A DNA stretch of 64,000 bases from Candidatus Bathyarchaeota archaeon (GTDB taxonomy: Archaea; Thermoproteota; Bathyarchaeia; Bathyarchaeales; Bathycorpusculaceae). Positions within the stretch are counted from its first letter, which is position 1; every line of letters begins with the position of its first letter. The position numbers and the translations under genes were made by a program. Below the pieces are notes generated by a model, which worked only from the letters and a program-made list of their open reading frames with translations, made no database searches and was not told the DNA's origin. Of this stretch, positions 20,412 to 30,474 are shown one piece after another. The stretch covers positions 1 to 64,000 of the forward strand of contig CAVZKL010000013.1 of assembly GCA_963775895.1 (NCBI GenBank), read 5' to 3'.

Positions 20412-20440
20412 GGTTCAGCTATAACAATTCCGTAGCATCC
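20412..20440 (+). repeat. Cassette-junction repeat copy 7 (right arm degenerate)
   Basis: GGTTCAGCTATAACAATTCCGTAGCATCC. Confidence 0.75.
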
Positions 20441-20507
20441 TAACTTGGGTTGGATAGAGTTATATCAACGTTGATATCATTGTGAAAAAGTGTTGAAGGA
20501 AAACTAA

Positions 20508-20897
20508 ATGAGTCGAGTTGGAAAAGAAGACCCTGTTAAGGCTCACCGTGATGGAACAGCGCTATACGAGAGTGGAAACTACAAAGGCGCCATGGACAAG
20601 TTTCTGCAAGCCTATCCTTTGTACGAGAAGGTGGGTGATTTCTTCGATGCTTCATACGTGCTGTTTAAAGCGGCTGAATGCAGCTTCTTCTTAAAAAACT
20701 ATGAAATCGCCATAGAACGCTTCCTAAAAGCTGCTAACATAGCTTTAGAAAGAGGCTACGACCGCTTCAACCTAAGTGCGCTAGAGTATGCACAAGACTG
20801 CTACAGAGCAGCAGGAAAGGAAAGCGACAATGAAGTTGCAGAGTTGAAGAAGAGAATAGCTGAGGTGAAGAAGAAAATCGAAGCCCAAGCCGTCTGA
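20508..20897 (+). CDS. TPR/SNAP-like helical repeat protein
   Basis: GTALYESGNYKGAMDKFLQAY; AAECSFFLKNYEIAIERFLKA. Confidence 0.7.
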   Translation: MSRVGKEDPVKAHRDGTALYESGNYKGAMDKFLQAYPLYEKVGDFFDASYVLFKAAECSFFLKNYEIAIERFLKAANIALERGYDRFNLSALEYAQDCYRAAGKESDNEVAELKKRIAEVKKKIEAQAV

Positions 20898-20911
20898 TTT
20901 GTTGGTTGGTT

Positions 20912-20938
20912 GGTTGGATAAAACTTTACCCCCAAACC
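20912..20938 (+). repeat. Cassette-junction repeat, variant B
   Basis: GGTTGGATAAAACTTTACCCCCAAACC aligns with the consensus; followed by GCGTGAAAACCT as after copy 5 (GCGTGAAACCT). Confidence 0.65.
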
Positions 20939-20995
20939 CAAACGAATTGCGTGAAAACCTGCTAGAATCTGGCGTGCTGAGTTAACGGGAAACGT

Positions 20996-21277
20996 TCAGA
21001 GAGGTTTGTAGGCAATGTTCTTTCGGGTTTCTATTATGACGTATATTCTCAATGCTGCGTAGATCAGAAAAGCCGTCGTCCACGCGGCAAAAACCGTGAT
21101 TCCAAAGAGAAAATTCTTCAAGACTATTATCAACCAGAAACATGTTCCGCCAGCAACCCAAGGAAGCACGATCCCACAAATATCTAGCACCAGAATGAGG
21201 AATTGATCGTGAATCACAAGCCTAGGTCTTTTCCGAACCCAAGCCTCAGCCCAAGCCTCATAGTCCATGATAAACAC
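20996..21277 (-). CDS. Small membrane protein
   Basis: 93-aa ORF with two hydrophobic segments. Confidence 0.5.
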   Translation of the reverse strand: MFIMDYEAWAEAWVRKRPRLVIHDQFLILVLDICGIVLPWVAGGTCFWLIIVLKNFLFGITVFAAWTTAFLIYAALRIYVIIETRKNIAYKPL

Positions 21278-21333
21278 ACTTCCTCGAGGTCGCCATTATA
21301 TACACTGCGCGGTGTACTACTTATTCCTTTTGA

Positions 21334-21359
21334 GATAAAACTTTGCCCCCCAAAACCCC
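21334..21359 (+). repeat. Cassette-junction repeat, variant B, right end of the array
   Basis: GATAAAACTTTGCCCCCCAAAACCC. Confidence 0.6.
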
Positions 21360-21482
21360 AAAGCCCCAAAACGCGTACGCTTACATTTAAACCAATAACC
21401 AAAGTTCTTTAGCGCGCGCGTTAGCCTAACGTCTTAAGCTTGCTCTCCAAATATGCAGGTGCTTCTGGGTTGGAGGTGTTGA

Positions 21483-22535
21483 TCAGCCGAACCATTTTTC
21501 GAGCGTGGTCTTTCCTTTCTCTTTGGTGATGCCTTTCTGCATCTTTTCTAGTGCTTTGCGGACGCGGTCTTCTGAAAAGTCTCTTCCTCTGACGATGAAG
21601 TCCACGGTGTTTTCGACGTCGGGGGGTTTCCAGTCTAGGTTGTAGTTTTCGGTCACAGTTGGGTGGAGAAAAATCTCTCTGATTCTTTGAGGTTCAACGG
21701 GAAACTCTGCGTTTTTGGCGTATGGAATCGCTTGCTCCAGAGTGCCGTGCTCTTTTATGAGTTTCAAGGCAGTTTTCGGTCCTAAACCCTTGATGCCGTC
21801 AGGATTGAAGTCCGTTCCGATCAGAATCCCCACGTCAATCAGCTGCTCATAGGTTATTCCACATTCTTTGAGAACCTGATCCAGCTCGACGACTTCGGGA
21901 ATGACTTCGATGTAAATGTTCTTGCTGGGAAGCTTTCTTCGTCCCGAAATGGTTACGTTTCTAATGAACTTGGGAGCGCCGAAAAGAAGGCTGTCATAGT
22001 CTTGACTTGCACAGTAGTCAGCGTCGCCCTTTCTCGTCATGTGTGCGGCCTGGGCTTCTCCTTCGCTTGGCGCTTGAACCCAGGGAACACCCAGCAAGCG
22101 CAAAAGCGTCTTGCTGTCTTCAGCCATGTAATCTTTCAGGTGAGAAGTAGCTTGGGCGTAGACGCGGGCCTCCTCAACTTTTCCCTCCTTCAAAGCACGC
22201 TCATAGAGCACCAAGGCTTCTTCTTTGACTTTCCTGCGTCTTTTGATTTCAACTTCTTTTAGCACGGGAGGGGCTCCGTCAAAAACGTAGATTGGTCTAA
22301 TGCCCAACTCCACCAAATTGCTTGTCCGATAGAGCAAGCCGCTAAGGTGACTGGTAACCCTGCCTGAACTGTCCTTCAACGGAGTTCCATCGGGTTGACG
22401 AATTATGGCCAAGAACTGATAGAGGGCATTGTACGCGTCAATCGCGACGATCTTGCCGCTCAAATCCTCAAGCCTGACCAGCGTTTTCGGCACAAGATCG
22501 CGAAGGTCGACGCCCAAAAAGTAACCCCTTTTCAA
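21483..22535 (-). CDS. fen: Flap endonuclease 1
   Basis: AIDAYNALYQFLAIIRQPDG, APSEGEAQA, SQDYDSLLFG, GTDFN, C-terminal PIP-like TTLEKWF. Confidence 0.95.
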   Translation of the reverse strand: MKRGYFLGVDLRDLVPKTLVRLEDLSGKIVAIDAYNALYQFLAIIRQPDGTPLKDSSGRVTSHLSGLLYRTSNLVELGIRPIYVFDGAPPVLKEVEIKRRRKVKEEALVLYERALKEGKVEEARVYAQATSHLKDYMAEDSKTLLRLLGVPWVQAPSEGEAQAAHMTRKGDADYCASQDYDSLLFGAPKFIRNVTISGRRKLPSKNIYIEVIPEVVELDQVLKECGITYEQLIDVGILIGTDFNPDGIKGLGPKTALKLIKEHGTLEQAIPYAKNAEFPVEPQRIREIFLHPTVTENYNLDWKPPDVENTVDFIVRGRDFSEDRVRKALEKMQKGITKEKGKTTLEKWFG

Positions 22536-22629
22536 TATTGGCAGGCAACTGAAATAATAAAGTTGCGAAAATCAAAACATACAAGATATAAGTGAGTCTC
22601 GCAATTAGACAACCACTCGCGAGGTTCAT

Positions 22630-22819
22630 CATGACTGAAAAAGGTCCCACATTGATCATGATCACATGCTCAAGCTGCGGAAAACCTGTTCCGCCAGGAG
22701 CAGAGGCAACCAAGTTTCTCTGCCCGAACTGCGGAGAGATTCAAATAAGACGATGCCGCAAATGCCGCAAATTTGGACGCCCCTACAAGTGCCCCAAATG
22801 CGGTTTCATCGGTCCATGA
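22630..22819 (+). CDS. Zn-ribbon protein (DUF1610/HVO_2753-like)
   Basis: [29 protein letters not shown]; usual position upstream of EF-1beta. Confidence 0.85.
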
Positions 22820-22840
22820 AAATAAGATGGAGGATCCAAG

Positions 22841-23116
22841 ATGGGTTTTGTGGTAATAACGTACAAAGTGTTTCCAAGCGACATCGTTGAAGATTTTGGC
22901 CCGTTGAAGAAGAAGATCGAAAGCAACCTGCCAGAGTCTGCTACCATGCATGGATATGGTGAAGAACCTGTCGCTTATGGTTTAAAGGCCCTTCTTGTTC
23001 AGATCAAGTTCCCAGAAGACAAGACCGGGGTCCTTGACGAATTTGAGAAGAAAATCGAGTCAATGGAAGGAATAAGCCAAATCCAAACTCTGATGGTGCG
23101 CAGAACCAGCAGGTAA
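22841..23116 (+). CDS. ef1b: Elongation factor 1-beta
   Basis: EEPVAYGLKAL motif. Confidence 0.9.
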   Translation: MGFVVITYKVFPSDIVEDFGPLKKKIESNLPESATMHGYGEEPVAYGLKALLVQIKFPEDKTGVLDEFEKKIESMEGISQIQTLMVRRTSR

Positions 23117-23213
23117 CCCTCGACGAGTCGCTTAAAAGATTTATGCTCAAGACATTTATATTCAAGAACGTCTCTTTTTCGAGACGTGTTCAAACTGAAA
23201 GGAAGGATTCTCA

Positions 23214-25385
23214 TTGAGTGAAATACAGTTGCGTGTCGGAGACGCAAGACAAAGGGACGTGGGCAGAGGAATCGCCCGCATAGATCAAAAAACAATGCAG
23301 AGATTGGGCTTATCAGCAGGCGACGTAATAGAGATATGCGGAAAAAGAACAACATCAGCGATCGCCTGGCCAGCCTACAGTGAAGACCAGAACAGGGACC
23401 TTCTGCGCGTAGATGGGTTCACCCGCAAGAACGCTGGGGTGTCCATCAACGAGTACGTTATTGTGCGGGGAGCTAAAGTCAAACCAGCCCTGAGCATAAC
23501 TCTTGCGCCGGTTGACATGAGACTGAACGTCGATGAAGACTTCACCAATTTTGTCAGGAACCGTTTGATGGAAAGAACCCTCGTGGAAGGCGACACAACC
23601 CTTGTCATGATGCTGGGACACGCGATACCGTTCACCACAACAAAAACTCGCCCCCACGGAATAGTCAAGGTCACCGCAGAGACAAAACTCACGATACTTA
23701 ACGAGCCAGCGCCAGAAGGAAAAGGGTTGCCCAGAACAACCTACGAAGACGTCGGAGGATTACACGAGGAAATCCAAAGAGTTAGAGAAATGGTGGAACT
23801 GCCTCTCAGACATCCCGAGCTTTTCCAGAGACTGGGAATCGAACCGCCGAAAGGAGTGTTGCTGCACGGGCCCCCAGGCTGTGGCAAGACGCTGCTGGCG
23901 AGAGCAGTGGCCAACGAGTCTGAAGCCACCTTTTTCTCCATAAACGGGCCCGAGATAATGAGCAAGTTCTATGGGGAATCAGAGGCTAGACTCAGAGAGA
24001 TCTTCCAGCAGGCTCAGCAGAACGCGCCGAGCATAATATTCATAGACGAACTTGACGCAATCGCACCGAAGAGAGAAGAGGTAACCGGAGAAGTGGAAAG
24101 ACGCGTGGTTGCCCAGCTGCTGGCTCTAATGGATGGACTCTCCGGAAGAGGAAACGTCATAGTCATAGGGGCTACAAACAGGCCGAGTGCACTTGATCCT
24201 GCTCTTCGTAGGCCAGGGAGATTTGACAGAGAGATCGAGATAGGTGTGCCCGATAAGCAGGGAAGAAACGAAATCCTTCAGATTCACACTAGAGGCATGC
24301 CTTTAGCAGACGACTTTGACCTTAAGAAACTTGCCGACATGACTCACGGATACACGGGTGCTGACCTTTCGTCGTTAGGCAGAGAAACGGCGATGAAAGC
24401 GTTGCGCAGATATCTGCCACAGATAAATCTGGAAGAGGAACGGGTACCACCAAGCGTGCTGGAAAAGATGACAGTAACGATGGAAGACTTCGTTAATGCG
24501 TACAAGGAAATCACACCGACCGCCATGCGCGAAGTTTACATTGAAGTGCCGACCGTTCACTGGGAAGACATCGGAGGACTCGAAGAGGTCGAGGAAGACC
24601 TCAGAGAAGCAGTCGAGTGGCCACTCAAAACACCCGAAATCTTCACCAGACTTGGCATCAAACCGCCGAAAGGAATACTTCTCTACGGACCTCCGGGCGC
24701 TGGCAAAACACTGCTCGCCAAGGCAGTGGCGACGGAAAGTGCTGCAAACTTCATAACGATCAAAGGACCCGAAATCTTCTCAAAATGGGTCGGAGAATCG
24801 GAAAAAGCCATAAGAGAAGTCTTCAGAAAAGCCAGAATGGCAGCGCCCGCGGTCATATTCTTCGACGAGATCGACTCGCTCGTGCCCCGCAGAGGACTTG
24901 GGTTCTCAGACAGCGGCGTAAGCGAGAGAGTCATCAGCCAACTATTAACCGAGATGGACGGCATTGTTACTTTGGAAGACATAGTCATAATTGCAGCGAC
25001 CAACAGACCCGATATGGTTGATCCTGCAGTACTCCGTCCTGGAAGGTTTGACAGACTGATCTACGTGCCTGAACCTGATGACAAAAGCAAACTGCAGATC
25101 TTTAAGATCTACACCAAGAACATGCCTCTCAGTAAAGAAGTAGAGTTACCGCAACTGGTGACTGCTGCAAGGTATTATTCGGGGGCAGACATTGAAGCGT
25201 TGTGCCGCGAAGCCGCGATGGTCGCATTGAGAAAGGATGTTAACACCAAGGAAGTCACCCTGGCAGATTTCGCGGAAGCGAGAAAACGCATCGGACCCTC
25301 AATAACGCCCGACATGGAGAAATGGTACAAAAGCTTCATGCAGCAGGCAAGACAGGCGCAGAAACCGACAACCCCGGTTGCCTAG
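23214..25385 (+). CDS. cdc48: CDC48/VCP AAA ATPase
   Basis: [12 protein letters not shown]-domain; two AAA modules ([16 protein letters not shown]). Confidence 0.95.
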   Translation: MSEIQLRVGDARQRDVGRGIARIDQKTMQRLGLSAGDVIEICGKRTTSAIAWPAYSEDQNRDLLRVDGFTRKNAGVSINEYVIVRGAKVKPALSITLAPVDMRLNVDEDFTNFVRNRLMERTLVEGDTTLVMMLGHAIPFTTTKTRPHGIVKVTAETKLTILNEPAPEGKGLPRTTYEDVGGLHEEIQRVREMVELPLRHPELFQRLGIEPPKGVLLHGPPGCGKTLLARAVANESEATFFSINGPEIMSKFYGESEARLREIFQQAQQNAPSIIFIDELDAIAPKREEVTGEVERRVVAQLLALMDGLSGRGNVIVIGATNRPSALDPALRRPGRFDREIEIGVPDKQGRNEILQIHTRGMPLADDFDLKKLADMTHGYTGADLSSLGRETAMKALRRYLPQINLEEERVPPSVLEKMTVTMEDFVNAYKEITPTAMREVYIEVPTVHWEDIGGLEEVEEDLREAVEWPLKTPEIFTRLGIKPPKGILLYGPPGAGKTLLAKAVATESAANFITIKGPEIFSKWVGESEKAIREVFRKARMAAPAVIFFDEIDSLVPRRGLGFSDSGVSERVISQLLTEMDGIVTLEDIVIIAATNRPDMVDPAVLRPGRFDRLIYVPEPDDKSKLQIFKIYTKNMPLSKEVELPQLVTAARYYSGADIEALCREAAMVALRKDVNTKEVTLADFAEARKRIGPSITPDMEKWYKSFMQQARQAQKPTTPVA

Positions 25386-25397
25386 GCGAGTGCAAAC

Positions 25398-25631
25398 ATG
25401 CCTATGCCGACAAAAACTTGGAAAACGCATCCAGCTTACGCAACTATGCTGGATCTTCTGCAGAAGAAAGGAGCAATGGCAGAATCGGACCTTTTCGATT
25501 ACTTGACTGAACAATTCGAGGATCTGGGGTTCAAGGACTTCAATGAACTATTGATGCGACTGGAAGTCAGTGGGAAGATCCGAGTGACCTCCATGTCCCG
25601 CGGGAAAAGACGTGTTGAACCCATAGCGTAG
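25398..25631 (+). CDS. Small winged-helix hypothetical protein
   Basis: FNELLMRLEVSGKIRV; operonic with cdc48. Confidence 0.6.
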   Translation: MPMPTKTWKTHPAYATMLDLLQKKGAMAESDLFDYLTEQFEDLGFKDFNELLMRLEVSGKIRVTSMSRGKRRVEPIA

Positions 25632-25665
25632 GAGGCACAGCTCCGAAGCATCCGAGTGCTTTCTG

Positions 25666-26889
25666 ATGAGCCGAAACTCAGACGTCGTCGTCATCGGAGG
25701 CGGTCCAGCTGGTTCCTTCGCAGCTTTAAAACTTGCACAAATGAACGTTGACGTAACTCTCTATGAAGAGCACGGGGAGATTGGAATTCCATCTCACTGT
25801 GCAGGTCACTTGAACATTGGAGGCCTCAACCGTCTAGGAATATACCCGCTTCCAGAAGAAATCGTCGAGAACACTTTCAGTCGCGCCACTTTCTACTCTC
25901 CAAATTGCACACAGTTTTCCGTTCGCCTTGAAAGGCCAGCGACCTGTGCAGTGAACCGCGCCCTCTTTGACCAATACATTTCAAGACTAGCCCAAGATGC
26001 GGGAGCCAATGTTTGCTTGAATTCAAGAGTCGAAAGTCTGACCTTCGACAATAACATTGTGAAGGGAGTCACAGTCAAACACAACAACCAAACTGAGAAA
26101 ACAAGGGCCAGGATAGTCATAGACGCTGAAGGAATCTCCACGAGACTACTGAGAGAAGTGGGTCTGCAGGGGCTCAACCGACACATGCTCGTCAACGGCA
26201 TAGAGGCTGAGGTTGAAAACACGAAAGACATTGACCTAGACTCTGTCGAACTGTATTTCGGATCAGAATACGCTCCTGGTTTCTACGCATGGTTGATTCC
26301 TAAGAAAGACGGCACCGCCAAAGTCGGGCTTGCGACGAAAACAGGAAACCCCAAAACGTGCTTTGAGAAGCTGATGACTAGACACCCCATAGCCTCAGCA
26401 AAACTGAAGAATTCCAGAGTTGTCCGCACTGTTCTTCATCCGATAACGCTTGGCGGCCCAGTACCAAAATCCTTCTCGAACGGATTCCTAGCCGTAGGAG
26501 ATGCCGCATCACAGGTGAAGTCTACAACGGGAGGCGGCGTCATTTTTGGGATGACTTGCGCGGCAATAGCGGCTCAAGTCGCTTCGGAAGCAATTGAACG
26601 CGATGACTTTTCTTCGGAATTCCTGAGCACGTACAAAAGGCGCTGCAGCGAAGCATTCGGTTTCGACGCGAAAACCATGATAAGAATGAGAAAAACTCTC
26701 GATGCCATGTCCGACGAGAAACTCGACAGGCTGATCGACATGTGTGCGAGACTTGGTTTAGAGAAAACACTCAGGAGCGTTGATGACATAGATTTACAGG
26801 GAAGAGCACTTTTGCACGTTCTCAGAAGCCCCAGAATGCTGACTGCCCTAGGTTACTTTCTGCTGACCTACCTCATTGGGAACCCTTAA
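25666..26889 (+). CDS. Geranylgeranyl reductase family FAD oxidoreductase
   Basis: VIGGGPAG, PSHCAG, YAWLIPK, VGDAA..TGGG. Confidence 0.85.
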   Translation: MSRNSDVVVIGGGPAGSFAALKLAQMNVDVTLYEEHGEIGIPSHCAGHLNIGGLNRLGIYPLPEEIVENTFSRATFYSPNCTQFSVRLERPATCAVNRALFDQYISRLAQDAGANVCLNSRVESLTFDNNIVKGVTVKHNNQTEKTRARIVIDAEGISTRLLREVGLQGLNRHMLVNGIEAEVENTKDIDLDSVELYFGSEYAPGFYAWLIPKKDGTAKVGLATKTGNPKTCFEKLMTRHPIASAKLKNSRVVRTVLHPITLGGPVPKSFSNGFLAVGDAASQVKSTTGGGVIFGMTCAAIAAQVASEAIERDDFSSEFLSTYKRRCSEAFGFDAKTMIRMRKTLDAMSDEKLDRLIDMCARLGLEKTLRSVDDIDLQGRALLHVLRSPRMLTALGYFLLTYLIGNP

Positions 26890-26930
26890 AACCTCTGAGG
26901 AACAAACTCGTAAGACAGGTCTTAACCAAC

Positions 26931-27293
26931 ATGTCGGAATTCCTTTACAAACAAGTGATCGTTTTCAGATCTGATATAAAGCTCAGCAAGGGGAAAACTG
27001 CGGCGCAGGCTGGCCACGCAGCCGTTTCAGCAGCGGAAGACGCTCGCAGACATCGAAAAGAATGGTTTGAAGGTTGGTTCAGAGAGGGACAGTGCAAGAT
27101 AGCGGTCAAAGTACCGAATGAGAAAGCCTTGTCTGAACTCGAGAAACTGGCGAAGGAATTGGGATTACCGTGTGCGATGATAGTTGACAGAGGACTGACG
27201 GAGATCCCACCAGACACAGTGACATGTTTGGGAATCGGACCTGCACCAGCTGAAAAAGTTGACAGAATAACAGGAAAGCTTCGACTTCTATAA
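26931..27293 (+). CDS. pth2: Peptidyl-tRNA hydrolase Pth2
   Basis: KGKTAAQAGHA, DRGLTEIPPDT.TCLGIGP. Confidence 0.93.
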   Translation: MSEFLYKQVIVFRSDIKLSKGKTAAQAGHAAVSAAEDARRHRKEWFEGWFREGQCKIAVKVPNEKALSELEKLAKELGLPCAMIVDRGLTEIPPDTVTCLGIGPAPAEKVDRITGKLRLL

Positions 27294-27307
27294 CGCAGGC
27301 GCACGAG

Positions 27308-28692
27308 TTGCTCGTTTCCAAACTTGAGAAATCAATCGGATTAGAGGTCTACGCAACAAGCTCCGAGGGAATCGGAGGCAACATCAGACAAAGCATCGAG
27401 GATTTCGTTGTTGAAGAGATACTTGCGGACGGGTCCAAAGCAGAAACAAATCCTCGAGACAACGCAGAAACATCGGTGCTCGGGGCGGTCTTGACAAGAC
27501 ACAGATACCTATTGTGCGTGTTGGTCAAACGAAACTGGGACACCTTTATAGCGGTTGGGAACATCGCTCGAAAATTAGGAATCAGTCCCGTACAGGTTCA
27601 GATCGCTGGCATAAAAGATGCGAAGGCAATAACAGCCCAACACATCACGATCGAAAACAAATCGATTCAAGACGTTCAGAACATTAACCTGAAAGACATA
27701 GAAATACGACCGATAGGCTACGTGCGGAATAGAATGTCATCATACTACCTCCTAGGAAACTATTTTCACGTTTCAATCAGAAATATCGGTTATTCCAAAT
27801 CGACTATCTGCAAGCGAATCACAAAAACGATTGGAGACATCGAAGCATTGGGCGGAATTCCCAACTTCTTCGGACATCAAAGATTCGGCACAACTCGCCC
27901 GATAACGCATCTGGTCGGAGAGTCAATCGTTAAAGGACACTTGAAGAAAGCGGCAATGTTATTCCTCGCGAAACCGAGCAATTACGAACACCCATCCTCT
28001 AAGTACGCAAGACAGGAATTGTGGAAAACACAGGATTTCAAAAAGGCACTCGTGAATTTCCCCAAACAATTGCGATATGAGAGATCGATGATCAGGAGCC
28101 TGATCGAAACTCCCGATGATTTTTCCGCGGCGTTCAGGAGACTGCCTATGAGACTTCTGAGAATCTTTGTGCAGGCTTACCAATCCTATCTTTTCAACAG
28201 GTTTTTGAGCAGCAGAATGAGACACGGGCTGTCCTTGACAACCGCCCAACCGGGAGATTACGTCATGAGCGTCGAAAAGTCAGGGCTACCAGTGCCCTCG
28301 ATGCACAAGACAGCGAGCATAGAAAACCTTGAAGGAAATCAACCTGAGCAATTCAAAGCGGAAAATTGCGTTTGGCGCTTCCACTCATAGGCCTGAGACA
28401 GCATCCATCAGGAGGCGTCCAAGGTGATCTCGAACGTGAAATATTGCAGGAAGAAAGTATTTCCCCGCAGGACTTCAGGGTTGAGTCAATGCGAGAAATG
28501 AGTTCGAAAGGCGAACTTCGACCCATTATTTCACCAGTGAGAGATTTCCGTACGGTCGACCTCTTTGACGACCCAGCCGAATCGCAAAAACACGCGGTGA
28601 AGCTAGCTTTCAAGTTGTACCGCGGTTCTTACGCGACAGTGATTCTCAGAGAACTCATGAAGACTCGCAGACCCATACAAGCAGGATTCTGA
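27308..28692 (+). CDS. truD: tRNA pseudouridine(13) synthase TruD, frameshifted near 28340
   Basis: EDFVVEE, AGIKDAKAIT, PNFFGHQRFG, YQSYLFN; C-terminal GSYATVILRE in the second frame. Confidence 0.88.
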
Positions 28693-28760
28693 CCCAACGC
28701 ATAGAAGACTCGCTATATTGGTTGGAAGTAGGGCAATAGTAACCCACGAAAAGGAAGATG

Positions 28761-29927
28761 TTAGTCTAATATTCTCTTTTCCTCTCGGATTATAACTCTT
28801 TTTTTCTTAATCTCTTTGGTCAGTTTCTCAAAGAGCCCATCGTTCATTCCGAGTTTTTCAGGCGGGATCACGCCTTTCTCCGATATTTCCTTCTGTACCA
28901 ATAGCTGGGTTACAACAGACGCCGTGTATGCTGTTGTTCTCGCCATGGATGTAATTTGCCGTTCCTTGTCGTAGCGGTCGAGCAACCGAAAGACGTATTC
29001 AATTCGCTTGCCACCTTTTAATCCGCTCACTTTGATGAGTATGACCACGATATCGGGAACATCCAGTCTTTTCAGTTTCCTTTCGAACAATTTCGCAGCG
29101 ACTTCTCTCGGCTCAACCTTTGCTCCAGCAACTTCCACCATCTCTGGATCGAAGAAACCCAAAGTTTTAAGGAACCTTATCTTTTCAGCGTGCCCTGGGT
29201 ACCGAAGTGTTTTTTCCCACATTTCTTTGGCTTTCACCGTTTGAAGCAGTGTTCTTAAACCGTCAGTGTAGAAAGCCTCTAGCTTGCCGACACCTGGAAA
29301 ATCTATTTCTTCGAGCCCGCTCATGGCTTCCACTTGAACAACTTTGCCTCCGTTCACTATGCTTACTTTTCGAGAATACATGTCGATGAGGTCTTTTACA
29401 GACCAAGTTATCACATAGCCCAGTGGGGGCACAGGCTTTTCTGGAAGCCCTCCGTTGAGCATATGAGCCTTCTCTACCTCGTCAAGCTTGCTAACACCGT
29501 GACCTACCAGCATGCTGCATAGCCCTGGGCTCATTCCGCAGTCTGGGATGATACAAACATCAGCTTTCAAAGCAGCGTCATTCAACGTCATAACATCTTC
29601 CGGCATGTAGGAGACATCAACCATATCCACCTTCGCCGAAACTGAGGCCTTGCACGCTCGGTACCCCAAAACGCCTGGCAATGCACCCACAGCCACGTCA
29701 AAACCCTTTAGTTTAGACGAAAGTTCCGAGCGATCTGTCGCATTTACTTGAGTCCAGATGACGTTTTCTAGACCGATCCGCGACGCAGCTTCTCGAGCAC
29801 GTTTTTTGTCCACGTCAGCCATCACGACTTGAGAAGAGGGCAGATTTTCAGCCATGTCCCGGGCAATAACCGCCCCTATGTTGCCACACCCTAACACGAT
29901 AATTTTCATGCTGATGCCTAGATTCAA
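28761..29927 (-). CDS. Saccharopine/lysine 6-dehydrogenase family protein
   Basis: VLGCGNIG, DCGMSPG, GGLP, KTLRYPGH, SMARTTAY. Confidence 0.85.
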   Translation of the reverse strand: MNLGISMKIIVLGCGNIGAVIARDMAENLPSSQVVMADVDKKRAREAASRIGLENVIWTQVNATDRSELSSKLKGFDVAVGALPGVLGYRACKASVSAKVDMVDVSYMPEDVMTLNDAALKADVCIIPDCGMSPGLCSMLVGHGVSKLDEVEKAHMLNGGLPEKPVPPLGYVITWSVKDLIDMYSRKVSIVNGGKVVQVEAMSGLEEIDFPGVGKLEAFYTDGLRTLLQTVKAKEMWEKTLRYPGHAEKIRFLKTLGFFDPEMVEVAGAKVEPREVAAKLFERKLKRLDVPDIVVILIKVSGLKGGKRIEYVFRLLDRYDKERQITSMARTTAYTASVVTQLLVQKEISEKGVIPPEKLGMNDGLFEKLTKEIKKKRVIIREEKRILD

Positions 29928-30164
29928 GTTAGACTGAACGTGTTTAAAACTTACCCTCGATGTGCGTTAATGCTTCAACTAGATGTCAGACACAAAAAAA
30001 ACTTCAATAATCACGTCAAAGCTTGAATTCACGCGCGCGAATTATGCTATTGACATGTGATTAATCACTTCTCTGTCTTTGCCAAGAGTACAGGTACGAG
30101 ATGATGGCACGGTTGAAATGTTTAAATGTAGAAGATTAAACCTAGTGAGAGAGGTTAAGCCAAT

Positions 30165-30431
30165 ATGACTGAAAGTGCTGAGGAAAAACTGCCAATATCC
30201 GAGTTTTACAAAGTCGTTGAATACGTTACCATATTCAAGAGCCAGAAATGGTGGGAAGCCGTGGTCATCTTCGAGTCTTATGGAAAAAGGTCGATCGGAT
30301 TGTACCTTTGGCAGAAGACACAAGACGTATGGAAGAGAAAGCACAAGTTTAACGTTAGAAACCTAGATGAGTGGAACAAGCTTAAGAACGCAGTAGAGCA
30401 GCTTATTCCGAAGCTCGCAGCAAAACAGTAG
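30165..30431 (+). CDS. Small hypothetical protein (PC4/whirly-like pattern)
   Basis: 88 aa, Trp-rich beta segments followed by a C-terminal helix (EWNKLKNAV). Confidence 0.6.
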   Translation: MTESAEEKLPISEFYKVVEYVTIFKSQKWWEAVVIFESYGKRSIGLYLWQKTQDVWKRKHKFNVRNLDEWNKLKNAVEQLIPKLAAKQ

Positions 30432-30474
30432 ACCCCGCGTATTCTAGATATTTATTTTCTATCAAAATTCAGAG

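Noticed and set aside
20901-20917. (GTTG)4 microsatellite as a phase-variation tract
   Set aside because: Intergenic between convergent stops; looks like slippage of the left arm of the junction motif
15443-21359. Junction repeats as a CRISPR array
   Set aside because: Spacing is 400-1100 bp with whole genes between copies, the repeats are degenerate, and there are no cas genes in the window
15443-21359. Junction repeats as classical attC sites
   Set aside because: No RYYYAAC...GTTRRRY outer boxes enclosing a long hairpin; the core is only about 28 bp with GTT before AAC; no intI in the window
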